Source of the DNA: Iphione sp. A-MEVVRFRX5
Taxonomy: Eukaryota
DNA: 64,000 bases
Direction of reading: 5' to 3'
Assembly (NCBI GenBank): GCA_976226885.1
Contig: OZ320318.1
Span: 20,646,001 to 20,710,000 of the forward strand
The notes below the pieces were generated by a model, which made no database searches, was not told the DNA's origin, and saw nothing but the letters and a program-made list of their open reading frames with translations. Positions 15,385 through 28,900 of this stretch are shown here, one piece after another. The position numbers were made by a program, and so were the translations under genes. Each line of letters begins with the position of its first letter. The first letter of the stretch is position 1.

Positions 15385-15443
15385 ATGGCGGACTTTGGTC
15401 CATCACTAATAGAGAGATACCACATTGCCTCCTCCCAAGGGAG
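15385..15443 (+). CDS. Candidate alternative first coding exon MADFGPSLIERYHIASSQG(S/R)
   Basis: Optimal Kozak and YY1-like context caagATGGCGG, open for 19 codons, phase-2 end at GAG|GTAAAT. Confidence 0.2.
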
Positions 15444-16130
15444 GTAAATGATTGCTTCGGTAGAAAGGTGGATGGCTTAATGAGAGGCTTCGGCTGTCCT
15501 ATAGGTGTGTATGTATATATATAGATTCACTATCAGTGGCAAAAACCACTTGTTCGGCATCGCCAACATCAATCACCACACGGGCCGACTCCACTGTCCA
15601 TTCATGTGCATGCATCCGTTCAGATCAGATCGTCAACCCACAGAGACCCCTACCGGACGGCATTTAAGCCGCTTTTAATGAACTTCCCCAGCAGTGACTT
15701 CCCAAAGATTTCCTCAGTGGTAAAAGAGAGCGGTGGAATGGTGTGCCTGGGGGCTCATTTCAGACAAACGCCCTGTGTCTTTTGGTGGCATACCTTTCGT
15801 ATCTATCTGAGCCATAAAATTGTCCAAGGAAAACATACAGCAGGCAGGAATATTTTCGTCTTTGGTACAGTGAAATTGAGTTGGGTAGTCTCTAATATAA
15901 ATGGTTTATATGTCATGATGGTATGCTCACCAAACTCTTTCTGAAAATAGCTTCAATCATTTGGTAAAAACTTTGTGTGTAACCACCTCTGATTGCCTTT
16001 CTGTGGGCAGGCGTTCACATCAACAGACAGAACACACTGCTACTGCCTGAACACTGGGCATACAAGTACTTACACACGTATATATTGCAGTGAGAGCGGT
16101 CCCCAACACTAAGCTGGAATGAGACGTAGT

Positions 16131-16156
16131 GGGGTGGTAGGGTGGGGGTCGGGGGG
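16131..16156 (+). other. Canonical G-quadruplex-forming motif
   Basis: GGGG-TGGTA-GGG-T-GGGGG-TC-GGGGGG. Confidence 0.5.
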
Positions 16157-17124
16157 TCACTCTGATTCATCAACACTCTATACACATGATACAGTGGGTC
16201 AGTAGTCCAGGCCGCCTGCTGCTAAATTGTGGCTACTCTATTGTGTGAGTAGCCATCTCCGTTTATATTTGACCCGGTCAGTTCTATTAACCTTGGTGGA
16301 GAAGCTTAACGTCCAGTCCCCATTCCACTTCGACACAACATGCCTGTTTGTTTTTTAATATTAAGCAGTGTATTACAACGCCTGGTTTAGCTCAGGGTTA
16401 CGGTTACTGTCATGCAGAGGACCTGGCGTAAAGGAAAAATAAAGCACATCTCCCTGATTGTCCTCCTTAATTTTCTATCTACAGTGGCATGCTAGATTAC
16501 AAGCTGTCACTTCCACAGTGTGTTTTTGGCAGTACTGTTTGGGACGTAATTGAATCGTCATGGCGACAATATTAGACAACACGTGTCTTTTAACCCGTCA
16601 CGTCAGTACCAATATGATAAACACTACGAAATGATACGACAAAGGGGTTAGTTATGAAGCCATAGTAGGACTCCAGATAGGGTCCTTCGGCTAGATTTAA
16701 ATGTGCAAATTGGTACAGCACAGAACCTAAACAGTCGCAGACCTGTCTGACAGCCGAGGTGTGCGGCTTCCCCATGCCTGCTGCTAATATTTCAGAAAAC
16801 ATAATCAATTTAACAGGTTTAAGGTTGGTAGAAGCTCTTAAAAAAACCACCCCCACCTCCTGCCATCCTCCTGGCTCTGTGCGTACAGACGCAGACCGAG
16901 GCCAGCCCGCCTGCGATCCACTCGGCACAGATCCCAGTGCCAGGCTCAGGAGGAGGGCGCCTGCGGGAACCGACGCTGAAGCGAAGCTTGATTGGCATCG
17001 ACGGCAAGGGCACCAGGAGCGGCAGTGTGTAAGAGGGCGCCAGGAGAGTCCGCCTTCGGTCATGTCTGTCATGGCAACATCGCGCGACCTGAATGGAGAT
17101 TCTCCGGCATCGTACTATCTTCCA

Positions 17125-17163
<39 letters not shown>
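17125..17163. repeat. (TGTC)n microsatellite, about 10 units
   Basis: Perfect tetranucleotide run seen directly. Confidence 0.95.
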
Positions 17164-18009
17164 GTGGCTCCTTCTGTCCCCTCTAAATGTACCACTCTGT
17201 CTACTTTAGAGGGAAATTACCCGCTTTTAAATACAACTGCCAACTGCCTGGCAGGGCCTTTTCTTTCTGCCATCATTTTCCTCTGTCCTTTTTAGATTAA
17301 ATTGCCTTTGAGAACATTTTTCAATGCCCTTGCCACATTGCATTTCCCTCAGTCTTGATTTTCTTCGGTCGTTTTCACAGCGTCCTCTCTGTTTTCTGTC
17401 CATACCTATCTCGGTCGGTCTCCATGTTATCCTGTCCGTCAGCCCATCCCTCTTCATTTCTCACGTAGGCATTCTCGAAGGAAATACTAAGTATCTTGTG
17501 TCAAGAGCCGCCTTTTTTATTGATGATTCATGCCCTTCCGATCACACAAATGAGACTGCCTTCAAGTCGGCCCTCTACTGGCGTAGTCGATATTTGGACG
17601 ACCGGCGAGGCAACACCAGTGTGACCCCCTCACTCGAATGCTATTCTGACCTCTGCGTCTAGTCCATTTTTACGTTTTACACTATCGCACTGGCAGGCAA
17701 GCAACGGCCACCTTTTGCCATTTTAATGCCCTGCTTCCTTTCTACCAGGAAAAGGAACAAGATGTCCTATTTTTGTGAGCTGTTTTTATTTCTCGAACGC
17801 CTTTAGGCTCTTCCACCGTTATTAGTTCACAGACAGATCTGAAGGGTAAAAGCGGAGGCCACATGCTGCGCTATACTCAGAGGTTTGCTGAGTTCCTTGA
17901 GCTGGTATGGTTCTTGGTAGTCGATACTGAAGATGCAAGCATTCATTGGAAATGGCCTTAAGAATCACGTTTCATGCTTAGCATACTGTTTTGTTGGTCC
18001 TGGTCGATA

Positions 18010-18202
18010 AATTAATAGCCGATTTCCTATAGAATTTGGGAACACTTATATACCAAATTAAAGTTTACACAAACAATAATCAATTATGCAAGACGTTCTA
18101 AACATCAATTAAGAGCCGATTTCCCATAGAACTTGGTAGCACTTAAATATCAAATCAAGATTTACACAAACAATAATAATTTATGCAAGAGTATGTTCTA
18201 AA
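18010..18202. repeat. Tandem duplication, about 97-bp unit x2
   Basis: aattaa(t/g)agccgatttcc at 18010 and 18107. Both copies continue through tttacacaaacaataat...tatgcaaga...gttctaaa. Confidence 0.9.
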
Positions 18203-21200
18203 GCATGGGACTCTGCAGTTGTTTAGTCAGCACTGCTCCGTACGGAGCAGCTCGTCTAGATTCTGCTCGCTAGGGCCGCGAGAGATCAGCGACCTTCTCT
18301 GACATTCAACTAGAAGGATTACTGTTCGACAGACACTAAAGACGGCTTGACTCAACGCCAACAAAACCGGCAGCAAAAAGGAAAAGCATCCTCCCCTCCC
18401 TGACCAATTGGACAAACAAACCTATTTAGCCACTAGAGACATACTGATTGACAACGGATATAGCAGACCCCTGTACCTCTAATCTCAGAAGACTCCATTG
18501 GACGGATTTAAATACTAGATCACGACTTCGTTTTCTCATTGCATTGTCTTGCACTGATTCTTGCCCTCAGCATGAAATAAGTGTCTCGATTTCAAAGGGA
18601 TTACGTAATCTGACTGTTAAAAAACTCAATAAACAGCGGGGGAACATTCAGTGCAGTACCTTTATCTCAGACTTCAGACCTGACTGGATCTCTTCGAACT
18701 AAGCCAAGGGCCTTAAGAAAGGGGATGCAACCTCTCTAATGAAGACGGATGGGTCGAAATGACGAATACTCTTGAGGAATTAGAGAACGATTTTATTGTC
18801 AAAAATTCTTCCGCACAGTTGATGCTGTTCCATTTTGAAATTTTACTGGAGAGTAAACACATGTGTAAAGCCTGAAGTGGAGGAAAGACAGCGTGATGTG
18901 TTCTCACTCTCGACTTGACTCGTATATGGACCACTGGTCCTAACCTATCACTAAACCACAACTAAATGTAAAAATGAGATTTTGTCAGATGTTTTGTTGT
19001 TAACGTCCAGTCTACCTTTCTTGAAAATGCTTTCTTACACTGTACACAATAGCGTTCATCACACGTTCCAGATCAGATTTGGCCAACACGTCAAGCAACA
19101 CTAATGCATAAGTTTGCATGAATACGCACCTTTGGATTAACAAGACACTTTTGCGAATTTTCACGGATATACCGTTGAATAAGAAGTTCTCGAACTCGAG
19201 CTATTCTCAGTCATCCGCATATTGTCATTTCCAGATAATGATCATGATATGAATATTATACAATTATTTAGTAAAGTAAATGCTTGCAGGGCACATGCAG
19301 TTGAGAACAAGGAGCTGAACGTGGAGACAGCAAGCTGTAGCATCTATAAGAGAGGACTTTTATATCGGGGAATAAGGTGTTGGAAAAAAAAACCCATTAG
19401 CTAGAACGATGTTGAAAGGAGGCCCTTTTAAGGGCACACTTTAGAGGTGGTTTCGAAATATCAAACAGTGAAGTGAGCACATGTTGCTGGTTATAATTAT
19501 TGGACCTTTATGGTACAGTAAGTAAGTGTAGGATGATCATTGAGAATAGAGTGTATTTGCAAAACTTGTTACAGACCCGGTTTACAGAATCTGATTGAAG
19601 CGCGTTTTCTAATGGGTGTTGTTATACAATTCTTTAAAGGGAATAATAAATTATGTTAAAGTGCTGTTACTTTAATTGAATATTTTATCGCATCTTATTA
19701 GTTGCTGTATTGCTTGTGATATGTTTTGTTAATATCTCTTAATGTAGAAATATATGTGAAGCATTTTATGTTATGTTCTGTGTGCCTGTACTGATTGTAA
19801 TGGATCTCATTAGATCCCCAACAATGATGAAATATACATCTCAGTACTAAGTTAAAGTAATATATGCATATTTTATATTTTTGTGTCAGTTTTTTTTGAG
19901 CAGCGATTGAAAACCATATTGTACAAAATAACATTGGAGGCACAATATTATTGATTTCAATTTGAATTTGAATTAGATAACTGCCATGCAGGTGCATGGA
20001 AGTAGTCCTTCTCTGTTATTAACTATGACCCTCTGACGATATTCAATTGTGCCTATTGAAACAGCATGGCCATCGTAGCTACTGCATCGATATATAATTG
20101 GGCGATGTTCTCTTCCCATCCATCCCCCCTCTCTCTTTCTGATTGCCAGCTGTCCGGGTGTTGGATTAGTTACATTTCAAGCCAGAAGGGGACTACAGTA
20201 GTGCCCCAACCCCATGGGGGGGCCCCTGTGTACCGAATCAGATGAATAATTGGCGATGCGGAGTAGCTTCGTAATAGGATTACCACTCCATTAACACCTG
20301 TGTTCGGGTCTGGGCCTGATGAATGATCTATATTGACCCGTTGCCACTTTGAGATTAATCATGGCTGGGGTCCCGGCATTGTTGTTCATCCGGCCATCCG
20401 CCTTGTTACCGACTAACATATGGTTTAATCGTAACTGGTCGGTCAAAGGCGTGTGTTGTGTGTTGATATCCGTACGCACGATTGTAACCGTTTCGTTAAG
20501 TTGTGTCTCTGTTTCGGTCTTCATTAATTGAAATGTTTCATCCTCTCTCTATACACACATACTGCAAAACCTCATTATTGTAACACTGCTTGGTACCCAC
20601 TAGACCATACTTGCTCTGGTGAGGGCCTTAGGATAGTAAGGGGTTTTTACATTCAATACTTTTATTTTTTACTATTTTAAAGTAAATATGCATAGAATAG
20701 TGATGGCGCTGAAATAATGAAATGCTGTAATATTGAGGGGCTACCATATATATTTATTGATAAGCAGTCAAGATATTTCTATAATAAAGAGTCCTTTACT
20801 TCAGATTCGAAGGACCGACCTAGTTCCCTGTTTCTATATTTGCCGAGAGACAAAATATTTTCATATACATCTATATCTATATCGAAAAAGAAAATGTTGG
20901 TTAGTGTACCAAACCTGTTGTCGATTTTTGTCTAAGTGTGCATTATATTTATATCAAATATATATGATTATATTAAACGCTTAATGCGCAATGCGATTAA
21001 AGATCAAAACACACCGTCTGGGAAGTGAATTCCCGATGGTAGACGGACATACAAAGTAGTAAGAATATAAGAGAAATGTGTGATCTGCCACTCCCCAAAG
21101 ACCGCTGCTTTAGTTATGAAATGTAGACATGCTTGGTCATATAATCGACATAGCCAAAAGGATAGGGGACTACAAGAGGTTTCTTTTTCATCTGAAAGCT

Positions 21201-22159
21201 TATTCCATATTTGTATTTGACAAAACTGTATTTTGTAGTCAAGGACTTTCATCAAGAGAAGAATTATGTTCTTTAATCCAAATAGAATATACTAATAAGG
21301 GAATTATTGATCTCACTTGAAATGTTAATGAGCTGGGCCCATTGCGAAATGGCTAATCGTTCAATAAAGAATGATCATTAAGCGCTGGAGGTACTAAATA
21401 ACATTAATGTCTTGATACTCTCACACCAGACCTTCAATTTGATTATAAAAGGTGTTCCTTCATACCAACCCGTCCTCGAGTCAAACAGATATAAAAGACA
21501 ATTTATGGCAGACGAAATTGCTAATGAACTATTCGTATCTCCTGCCACATGACTTTTTATTTTTCTGTTGGACAGGCGACTGGCAATCGGCAATTTCCTC
21601 TTAATTGAACGACATGGAATATCATAATGGTGTGGCATGGATTCATGCAGAATGGCACCCGTCGTCTGGGGGAGACACCAGAGGCTGGCCACGGTGAAAT
21701 ATTGATGTTAGACTTGATAGGTTGTTAATTGCTTCTTTGGACGGCCCGGAAGCATAGAATGCGGGACAGTGGTCGCCACACAATGAGCGAAACGTGTACT
21801 GTTGACATTGGCCTGGTCAGTTACCCTGTCAATGGGGTCAGGAAATGGAGGTTTGGAAGAGGGAGGGCGACTTGCAGCTGGGTGAAGCGAGAAAGAGAGA
21901 AGGAGAGAGAAAGGGGGAGAAAGGGGCGAGATAGAATAGGTCCTATGGATATCTAGAGTCAGAAAAGGAGAAGGGGAGAGACGGGTAAGGGGAGAGCAAG
22001 ATGGAGGAGTGCACTGAGGGCCGGGCGGATAGTGTGAGAATAAGGGAAAGGTGAAGAGTGAGAATAAAGGAGTTTATTAGTTCAAACTCCACAATTCACG
22101 GCCGCCTCACATAGGGAGGACCTTGCCTCGTCGAGCAGAGAATGGAGTGAGAGGAGGGA

Positions 22160-22162
<3 letters not shown>

Positions 22163-22220
<58 letters not shown>
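22163..22220. repeat. (GA)29 microsatellite following a purine-rich tract (about 21880-22160)
   Basis: Perfect dinucleotide run seen directly. Confidence 0.97.
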
Positions 22221-22224
<4 letters not shown>

Positions 22225-24189
22225 CAAGTGGATGAATAATTCTTTTGTTATTCAGCCAATCAAAATCGCCCAGTTAAAGAGCAAGATTATCTCACAACCT
22301 GTTAACCCGATGTTTGCTTAAGAGCAAGCTTCTGTTTGATATAATATGTGATCATTTAACCATTTTATCATTTTATCTTTTTCTCCTAGTTATATGCAGA
22401 TGCTCTTTGATAAGATTTAAAAAAGGTGTACGTGTTCAACTACGATCAAGAGATTACGGTTTATACTTTAGTTCGAGCACCTTGGATCTCAAGCTTATGA
22501 CCGTGTGCCGGTGAATCTCAGTTATTGGTTACCCTACTCAGGATCCCAACCTAATGCTACAGAATAACTACACATGTACAATTAACCAGTCAAGAAGCAG
22601 GGGTTCGTGTCGTCACTGGGGTAACCCTAAAAGATAAATGAAGTAAACGTTATTATCCTCTACGCATTCACGTGATGACAATAATATTTTATTTTCGCCA
22701 ACAGGCGATATGAGCTTAAAATGTTGATCATCCATCTTTCAGATATGCATGTCGCTCTGCCTTCCTTACGTAGACCAATAACCTGATTTGCCTTTACATA
22801 TTTGATTACATTGTCTGTTGGAACATTTATTGGGGATTTTTCCCTATGTTTACAGTTACATGCATCACCACACTCCACAATCCGCGTTTTGTAGTATGTG
22901 AGAACGCGACGCTGAGCTAGTCATGCTTTAACATAAAAGCAGAATGCAGACGACATTTAGCGCATGCCGGTCACGTTTCCGGCCAACCGGACGTGACGTG
23001 ACAACTCCTTCACTCGTTAGATACTCTACTCGAGAGCACTCGAACATCATCGGAAGACTAACATGGACGTTACAAGCTTTGCTAATGAAGCTATTTGACC
23101 CCCAATTATAACAAGGGTCAACTTCCCACTGTACCTCGTCACTAAATGTACGGTATGACTTGATAACCGTCATGACAGACGCTAACATCGTTGTAGTATG
23201 CCTGACATTTATACTTATTTATGTATTTATTTTAGGTCCCTTATGAATGGTAGCGATACCATTGCACTGCAATTAACGTTCTTAGACCATTTTCATTCTG
23301 ATAAATACGGCTTTGAATTACGTTTTTCCCTGTAGTATGAGGCGTTTTTAACAAGCCTTTATTACGCATTAAATGCTCACTTTCTCATTAAAGCCTGATC
23401 AAATGGCTCAAAACTGTGGCGCTCCCGAGCGGCTTTCTTTACCAGGAGGGAAATCATTGTTGCACCTGGGATTTTGGTAGCCCCGGATTGTAAAACGACC
23501 AGTTGATATGAAAACGATAAATCTGAGAACTTTGGTTAAGAGCACGTTTCCATGGGGAAGGAGCTTACTGAATCGCAAATCACTGATTTCCGAGATGGTC
23601 AATGTACACATTATGATATCAGACACGATATAATGAAATGATAAAGCTGACACTCCGGTTCAGTTAGGTACGTGATAAACACTCAGTGCAATCTCGTGTC
23701 AGTTTCTTTGAATCTGCCCGCCATTCAAAGCAATGATACACTCAAAATTTGCACACCTGAAAGCAGCCTTGGGACTGGAGGATTTTCGTCTGGGTCAGTG
23801 TCCCCTCTCTACCAGCCACAACCTTCGATGGCAGTGCTTTGCTAATTTTATCAAATGATGTACTCCAGTAGAATTGAAAAGCTTTGTGTAGTTTTGTAAC
23901 AATGTCGAACCAGGAGACAAGGTTCTTGTAGCTTTCAGATCAGTGTTTTATTTCGGCAGATAGGTATAGTACAGAGAAAGAGTGTGCAGTATTGGAGCTG
24001 GAAAGACAGACAGACTGTTGACTTAAGGTGGCAAAACATTATATTGCCTAGTTATGTGCATATTACCAAGCACCATCGTAACAAGATGCATGGATTTTGG
24101 CACGCAGTCAACATTTACCTCTGACTTTAAGTCTCGGCAGAAGGTCGCCAGCTACTCACATTTAATCCTTTGTCGTATACTAACTCTAA

Positions 24190-24778
24190 GGCCCGGTTTC
24201 CTTGTGTACGGATTTTTTTCCGTACTGCATGTCAGATCCGGGAAATGGGCGGTTTTCCGCACAACCATGGAGACCCGGTTCCCTTGTGCGGATTTTTTTT
24301 TGACAGAGACAGAGAAAGAGGTTGAGACATATCAGTCGAAATTGTGCAGTTTTTAATGGAGATTGAGACATATCAATTGAAATTGTGCAGTTTTTAATGG
24401 AGGTTGAGACATATCGATTGAAATTGTGCAGTTTTTAATGGAGGTTGAGAATTATCAGTCACAATTGTGCAGTTTTTATGCAAATGATATGCAAAGTAAA
24501 GTGTAAAGTGTTTCCCAATTCTACTCAGTTCTACTCTATTATACTCCGTTCTACTCTATTCTAGATTTTTTCCACACCACGCAGTCCGTGGTGCGGAAAA
24601 AAAATGAACATTGTCCGTTTTCGGACTCCAGAGATTTTTCCCGCAGCACGGACTCGTTGCTGCAGGAAAAATCTCCGGATACATGGATCACCCTCTATTA
24701 AAATCAGTGAGTTCGTTTTTTCCTGGACCACACAGTCCGTGCTGCAGGAAAAAAATCCGTACACAAGGAAACCGGGTC
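24190..24778. mobile_element. Non-autonomous PIF/Harbinger-type MITE (589 bp)
   Basis: About 30-bp terminal inverted repeats (G[G/A]CCCGGTTTCCTTGTGTACGGATTTTTTT, one mismatch) flanked by TAA on both sides (24187-24189, 24779-24781). A 3-bp TAA/TTA duplication is the established PIF/Harbinger signature. No transposase ORF. Confidence 0.85.
24318..24480. repeat. 41-bp tandem repeat x4 inside the MITE
   Basis: Units GAGGTTGAGACATATCAGTCGAAATTGTGCAGTTTTTAATG start at 24318, 24359, 24400 and 24441. Confidence 0.95.
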
Positions 24779-27700
24779 TAAGTCTAGAATGTGTTATACA
24801 AACACATACCTCATCATGCAACATACTAGAACATTTTTGATTATCATACAGTGTAACCCTTTAAAAATATATCTCTGGACTTTATCATAATGACCTGTCT
24901 TCTCCAAATGTACTTTTTATTCCTCTTTCTTACTTTCTGTGTTACAGTTTGAAGCATCTCAATACTGGGTGTTCCGCCCAATGTGGGTTGTTACACAGTC
25001 TTTTCAAGGAGGCTCAACAGAACTGGTGCGCTTTAGTAGACCACCAGTAGTTCACTACATATTGGTTGATAATATGCATGAACTGGCATCTTGACCCTCT
25101 AATTATAATTAGCATCTTTTCCATATCCACGCTCACATTTAATAAGTTTTGGCTCCCATCATGATAAGTAACAAATTGGAGTCGTTCAGTGAATAGTAAG
25201 GTGCAGTAATATAAGGTAGAGACAGGATACCAGTCCAAAGGTGTTGAGTGCCGGGTCGGAAGGCACTTGTGACACTTTATTTTATAACAATTTTAAGGGT
25301 GTGCCCTAGACAGAGATCGCGAAAACCATAACATTAAGATATATTACGAGGTTTTGAAGAATGGCTTTAGGCCCCATTACATGATTCTCGCACGGTCAGT
25401 ACAAAATAGGCTGGAGGGGGGGGGGACGTTTGATATCTTTTAACGTTTTACAAAATGGGATAGTCTTTTGTCCTGAAGTATGGAAGGCACGTTTGCTGTT
25501 TTATGGATGTTGTAAAGATAGAATAACTTCCCAAAGATCTGAGACATGAAAAGAAGCTAGTGTCCATTCTGGAAGACATTGTGTCGATCTCGTTTCATTT
25601 TCTGAATAATGCCGATGGACCACTGAACTAGTGTCCAAATACATTATAGGAAAGTAAAACGTTTTATGCCGTATTCCGGACTTCCAAGTTTAGGTGAAGC
25701 GTTTTCAAGGTGGAAAATATTCTAGAGGCTGAAAAATGACTCGCTTTCATGCTCAGATCAATTATCATCTCCCCTTTGGCAATTGCAGAAATATAAATAT
25801 TTTAACCTCACCCTGCGATCATTTTGCCAGGACATCATCGATCAAATAGATAATCGATATGTCCAAATAAATATTATTTCTTTCATTATGCCTGGGAATC
25901 AATCCGATCAATAGTGGGGCAATATGGCCGTTCATTACAACGTCATTCATAACCAGGCAAAATGCATCATTTGACCTTACCTTCACGCTATTGCCACTCA
26001 TGTCGTTCTGGAAATCAAAAGGTGAAGAAACTGGTTTGGTTGAGCTGCTGTAGACATATAAGCCAGTTTCTAGTTTTTAGAATAAACATAAAGATCAAGT
26101 GGCAAATATAAAGCAATTAAAATTTGGTAGCTAGGGATATTTGTTTCCTGGCCGCACTGACACAATAGTCACCCGCTCAATAGTCAATACATCACTCGAA
26201 ATGATAGACTACTATATACAAAGTGACACCAAAATGGCTAGACAGTAGTTGGTAAAATGTCGTCTGCCCCTGAATTCACAACGTGACAATGAAATGCTAG
26301 GAAATTTATCTCTACTCCGGGCATAGGTGAATGTCAGAAACAGATGAGTGGGTTTTCACTTGATATGAGTTCGGAAAACTTTTTGCACACCATACATGTA
26401 AAGCCTAGTCGTTGAGTATGTAGTGTTTCTCCTAATTCTAAATATGTTGACACATCTGAAATATGACACCACATTGCAAGATGGAAAAAAGATGTAACAT
26501 AAACACTTCAGCTGTCATTTCCCTTGCGAGGAAGCAGTATAGGTACTTCCGAGTTCGGTAAAATTTCTAACGCAAAATATATCTGATTTCTTTCTCATCA
26601 ACGTCACATTTTCATGATGCTCTATTGTGCTGGACATAATGCAAACGTCCAGGCTTTATTATCCAAGCTAACATACTGACATACATGCGGAGCAATTGGC
26701 TCCATTTACTATATATACAGGGTTTCTGCGCCCTCTTTCAGGCAGCTTTTGTGTGTTAGCACGCACATACTCAAAGGTTGCTCCTTGGTATGTATGTGTG
26801 CGTGTGTGTGTGTGCATCAATATATCCGTATATGTATTTTCAGGTAGTCCCTGTTTTATCCAAATCATTGTTCATATTGAATTATATTCGTGAATATGCC
26901 CCATTTCCGCTTGATCAGGGTAGACTGTACACGCTCCATTTTCCGTATATGTGTCATTTTTTCATTCTGGTTGGCGAATCGAGTATTATATTAAGGATAC
27001 AAATAAAAAGAGAAAATCTCATGTACACTTCAAAGGTATTCTATCTCTCATTTTCATTGTCCATTAGACAAGTAAGGTTGTATCGCAGTTCCCGCCTATA
27101 GACAACAAGTGAGGGCATACAATGTTTACGAATAGATTTCCTAAGTGAATCTCGAGCCTGCAGATCATGAAACATTAGACCCCTATCAAACAGAGCACCG
27201 TCTTGTTAGACCTACTCAGATTCCCTTAAGACCCGGCAATTCCTCTTAGAATTCTTAATCTGCGGAGCCTTAAGACAACTTCCATCTGACTAGACCCCGC
27301 GGTCAATGCAAATCCTTTGACCTTTGCCATCTCGTCGACAAGCTGATATTGCTACAGAGGTCGTGCCAGCAGGTGGGCGGTGGGTGGGAATGGGTCAGTT
27401 GCAGTGCAGGTGCAACGTCTGTAGTTAACAAGGCCTATCTTGTCAATCTTCCTCACATAGGCTCACCTAGCGGCTAGTCCGATCTGATTTCTGTTTGGTG
27501 AGGAAGGTGGTGAGCCTGATGGTGGGGCTCCCACCTGGTCCTGCTAACCTTTGCCACCTGCCGTCATACAAAACACCTGATAGTGCTGCATTGATGTGAC
27601 CAAGGCTGTCACCCCCCCCCCCTCCACCCTCCTGCGGCACTGTGTGAGCTGTTTTTTAAACATAACCCATTTAGCACAGACCACAATCATTTATACGAGG

Positions 27701-28864
27701 TTCTGTTAATGTGGAGGTGTTTGAGAAGTTGCGGAAAGAAATCATATATATACCCTAAAATTAGAAGACGTTGCCATAGGAATCAGATGTAACTGAATGA
27801 CAACATTTCCACCCAGATGCATATCTAAGAATCTGTGCGAGAAAATTATTCTTTCAAAAAGGTTTCAAGAGAACATGCAATCGCTGATAAAAGTTACGTT
27901 GCTGAAAGTCATTTGGAAAAACAAAAGTGTGTTTGTAAAATTCGACCCCAAACTTATTAATTCTCCATCTTAAAAGCTATCCAGGTTTATAAACCTGTAC
28001 CATTGCTCTGAGAATTTTTTTAACAGCGTTATAGTATGAAGTGGCGTTTCCCTTAAAAAAAATCAAGGTGGAAATACCAACAATTCCTACGTCATGCGCA
28101 CCGTGCGGCTCGGGACTTTCGAATTCCAGCGTGGGAAAATTCCCTATTGGCCGCGGACCTAGCCAGTAATGGAGATGTCGCCAAATGGAAGTAGGAAAAA
28201 ATAGTATGGTATTGTATGTAAGACGGGCCTGTTTACTGACAAACCGACTTTTGTCCAAGTAAAGAAAGGGACAGGGCCAAAGTTGCCTCTCAATACTTAT
28301 GTACGCACCTCCCAAACCCGTAAGCCCTTTATGGCTAGCTACACACTCTAAGAGAAAGCAGTGGTCCCATCTAATACCATCTGAGCGGGTTGGATGTGAG
28401 TGGGAAAGGTCTGAAGGTCTGAAGATGAAACATTGTGGTTTCCATCCCCGTAACTGGATCTTTGATGGTTTGGATGTTTAAAGACTATTCATTATTGATA
28501 CGCTTACCATTTTCTGAATGAAATTAAATTGTTGTGTATATGGCTTTGGGGGAAGCCAAAGCCTAAGGCCTATTTCAGTGCGCACATGTAGAGTGTTTTC
28601 ATGGCCGTGGAGCACTGTGAAATGTTCACACCATGTTCACCTCCAAAATCACTCAAAATGCAATGGAACCATCATGTAGCCTTTTATCTCAACAGTAAAG
28701 TACCACAATTCCCATTCAAAACATGCCTGAACTTAAGTACTAGACCATAAAAATCGGAAACTTTTCCAATCTACAGACGTGGCACATGCAGACACACTAC
28801 GCTACACGGACAAACCACCTGCGTGAAAAGGAAATAGTCTAAGTGATATCCATATAGTTCCCAA

Positions 28865-28900
28865 TTCAGATCCAGATTCAGATTCAGCATTTTTATTGAG
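28865..28900 (-). mobile_element. Probable 3' tail of a non-LTR retrotransposon
   Basis: The minus strand reads caataaaaatgc(tgaatc)2tggatctgaa, i.e. AATAAA followed by a short tandem tail as in CR1/L2/RTE-type 3' ends. The element body was not recognised. Confidence 0.35.

Noticed and set aside
16590-17295. Overlapping 160-aa and 178-aa ORFs on opposite strands
   Set aside because: Typical of a GC-rich island, and one runs through the (TGTC)n repeat. No domain.
21004-21692. Minus-strand ORFs vaguely like the C-terminus of an L1/Tx1 ORF2
   Set aside because: No CCHC motif or RT motifs could be aligned in any frame.
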